A stretch of DNA of 61,375 nt, the filler included, from Globobulimina sp. (Eukaryota), in assembly GCA_003354225.1 (NCBI GenBank). It is 19 parts of 19 records of this genome, joined end to end, with 100 filler letters (N's around TTAATTAATTAA, not from the genome) between each part and the next. Parts side by side here need not be neighbours in the genome. Positions count along the whole stretch, not along the records: positions 58,243 to 61,375 come from PIVH01003632.1; 18 more parts are not named here. One strand, given 5' to 3'. The position numbers and the translations under genes are program-made. Shown in pieces: positions 59,360 to 61,375 of the stretch. Position 1 is the stretch's first letter, and every line of letters starts with the position of its first letter. The notes beneath the pieces were generated by a model. The model saw nothing but the letters and a program-made list of their open reading frames with translations, ran no database searches and was not told the origin of the DNA.

Positions 59360-61329
59360 TCATTGTGCTTGCACAGGTTTTATAGTTTCAAATGCTTGAA
59401 CAAACTCCAATGAATGAGGATGAATTGCACAAAATTTTGGTTTTGAATACCATGGACATTGATCATTTAAATAATTTTGTAGTTTCTTAGCGTCTTTATC
59501 CGTTAACTCGATAACATACGTTTTTTTAAATATTCCCAATGTTCTTGGTTCAGATTTGCGATAAACGAACATATATGAATACTGAGTCCATTTTCTTGGA
59601 GTCTTTTTACCTTCCATCGAAAATTGGTATTTATCACAATGATTCCACCAAAATGAAACTGCTAATAACAAATACCATAAAATACATAACAACAATAGCG
59701 AAACTGCCAAAAATTCATAGTTTGTCGAGCTGCACAATTTCGATCTTTTATCAGCATCCACGTTGTCTACATCGGCAATATCAAATAATTGGTTACCATC
59801 ATCCATATGCATACCAAATGGAAATGCAGTATTTCTCTCAGATTTACACACCATTTTATTCCATACATCCGACGAATAATTATCAGTATGAAAAAACATA
59901 TGCGCTGTATTCGTAATATCCGATGCAACATAGCTCACAAACACAGCAGCCACCATCAAAAATAAAACACAAACCAAAAATACATAAAATAATGTTTTCT
60001 GTTGCTGTTGATCCAATCGTCTGTGCTGAAGTTGTTCAATTGTCAACGAACCGATTTTTATTTGTTTCCTATAGCATGGCGACACAAACAACGCGCATAA
60101 AACAGATAAACAGCACGTTACAATAACAACCCACATCGCTGAGTTCAACATATCGTCATCTTTTGTGATTTGAACAGCGAATAATAAAATCAACGAAGCA
60201 GTCACAAATATCCATAACGTAAAGGCAGAATTTACCCAAAATATGTAACTCAAAAATTTTAATATTAAATAAACGACGTAAAATATTCCAGCAACGAGTT
60301 TAAACCACAAAATTGCGACTGTTTCAACCCAGGACGCGGAGGTAACGCCGGCATGCGTTAAATGATAACCATACGTCACACAGCAGACATGCGATATGTC
60401 ATGCAATGCGATGGAATCCCTACGGACGAATACTTGATTGATTGGAGGGATGAAATTCCATTTTCTAAGTTCCCTCTCCATTATACACCCAATCAAACCA
60501 CATATAACAACCAAAAACAATATAAATAATAACGCTAAGAACCAATGAGTCTCAATATCTGATACTAACGTCGAGACCAACGATAATATAAAACCAAAAA
60601 ATGACGATATACCGCCTCCAATTTCGAAGCCATTGTACATCTCAACTCGTTTAAATGCTTTTTTTTCGAACACCATAGCTCCGGAATCTTTTTTGTGATA
60701 AACGCAGGAAGTGCCTCGATATCTGTTCCTGAAACGGGAATAAAAATTGGATTGGAGATAAAAATCATTATCATAATGGCTGCTCCATTTTTGATCAGCT
60801 AACTGTTAGTTTTGTGTTAGAAATTAAATATATTTATGTCAAGTTATAAATTGTGTGGCTGTAAAACAAATGAAATAACTTCAATTTCTTCTTGTGTTGG
60901 TTTGTAATGATAACTTATTTCGACATGTTTCTGTCCACCAAATTCTTTGTGATCAATCACTATGCCAATGATTAAGGCAATAATGGCCAATATATATGTC
61001 CATATGTTGTAGGATGAAAATAAATATATAATGAAACCAATGGATGCTCCAAATGCTGTGCAGGTAAATAATAATCCATAATGGCGAGATATAATTTGCG
61101 ATATTATTACTGAGGATTTTGCAGAAATTGTGTTTTCATCTTCGTCATCAAATTGGTTTCCATCATCGTTGTCTTTGTCATCATCAGAATGAGTAAATAT
61201 TGCTTGCATTTGACCTGTCGAATTCACTGAAGACTGTCCATATTTTAATTGATGCGTTTCCTGTTTTTCTTCATCGCGATCGTCTTGAATATTTTGATCC
61301 TGTTCAGTTAATAATGGCTGAGTTGCCAT
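59360..61329 (-). CDS. Hypothetical multi-pass membrane protein, two exons
   Basis: ORFs 60844-61329 and 59360-60676 join in frame through a GT-AG intron at 60879-60803; many TM-like segments. Confidence 0.7.
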
Positions 61330-61375
61330 CTTGACACTTTTTGTTTATTCACTCACGAAAGATATCACAGTTGAA

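Overview
This window is not one locus. It is 19 unrelated contigs of about 3.13-3.14 kb, in decreasing length order, joined by an artificial 100-nt spacer (N44-TTAATTAATTAA-N44), so adjacency across a spacer means nothing. Most contigs are AT-rich eukaryotic DNA with short GT-AG introns; gene content suggests a protist, plausibly a foraminiferan/rhizarian (inference). Recognisable genes: CPA2 cation/H+ antiporter, RPEL-repeat protein, alanine aminotransferase, actin (with an R62W change), SLC12 cotransporter, RPL6, PLS/E-type PPR protein, XLF-like protein, S53 peptidase, Rh ammonium transporter fused to a vWA domain, TTL-like ligase, DeoC-like pseudoenzyme, SPOUT1 methyltransferase. Mobile elements: a Helitron-like Rep ORF, a DIRS-like RT-RNaseH plus tyrosine recombinase element with a perfect 30-bp palindrome between its ORFs, a divergent non-LTR RT, and a dispersed repeat family. 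Two bacterial-type fragments (ABC ATPase, formate dehydrogenase alpha) are abruptly fused to eukaryotic genes, probably as amplification or assembly chimeras. The most interesting candidates are the YR retroelement with its palindrome, an H-S-E ADP-ribosyltransferase-like protein, a degenerate CHAT-STAND-SH2 protein, the Rh-vWA fusion, and an intron-containing bacterial-type OB-fold surface protein. All family calls come from motif recognition by eye; no database search was run.
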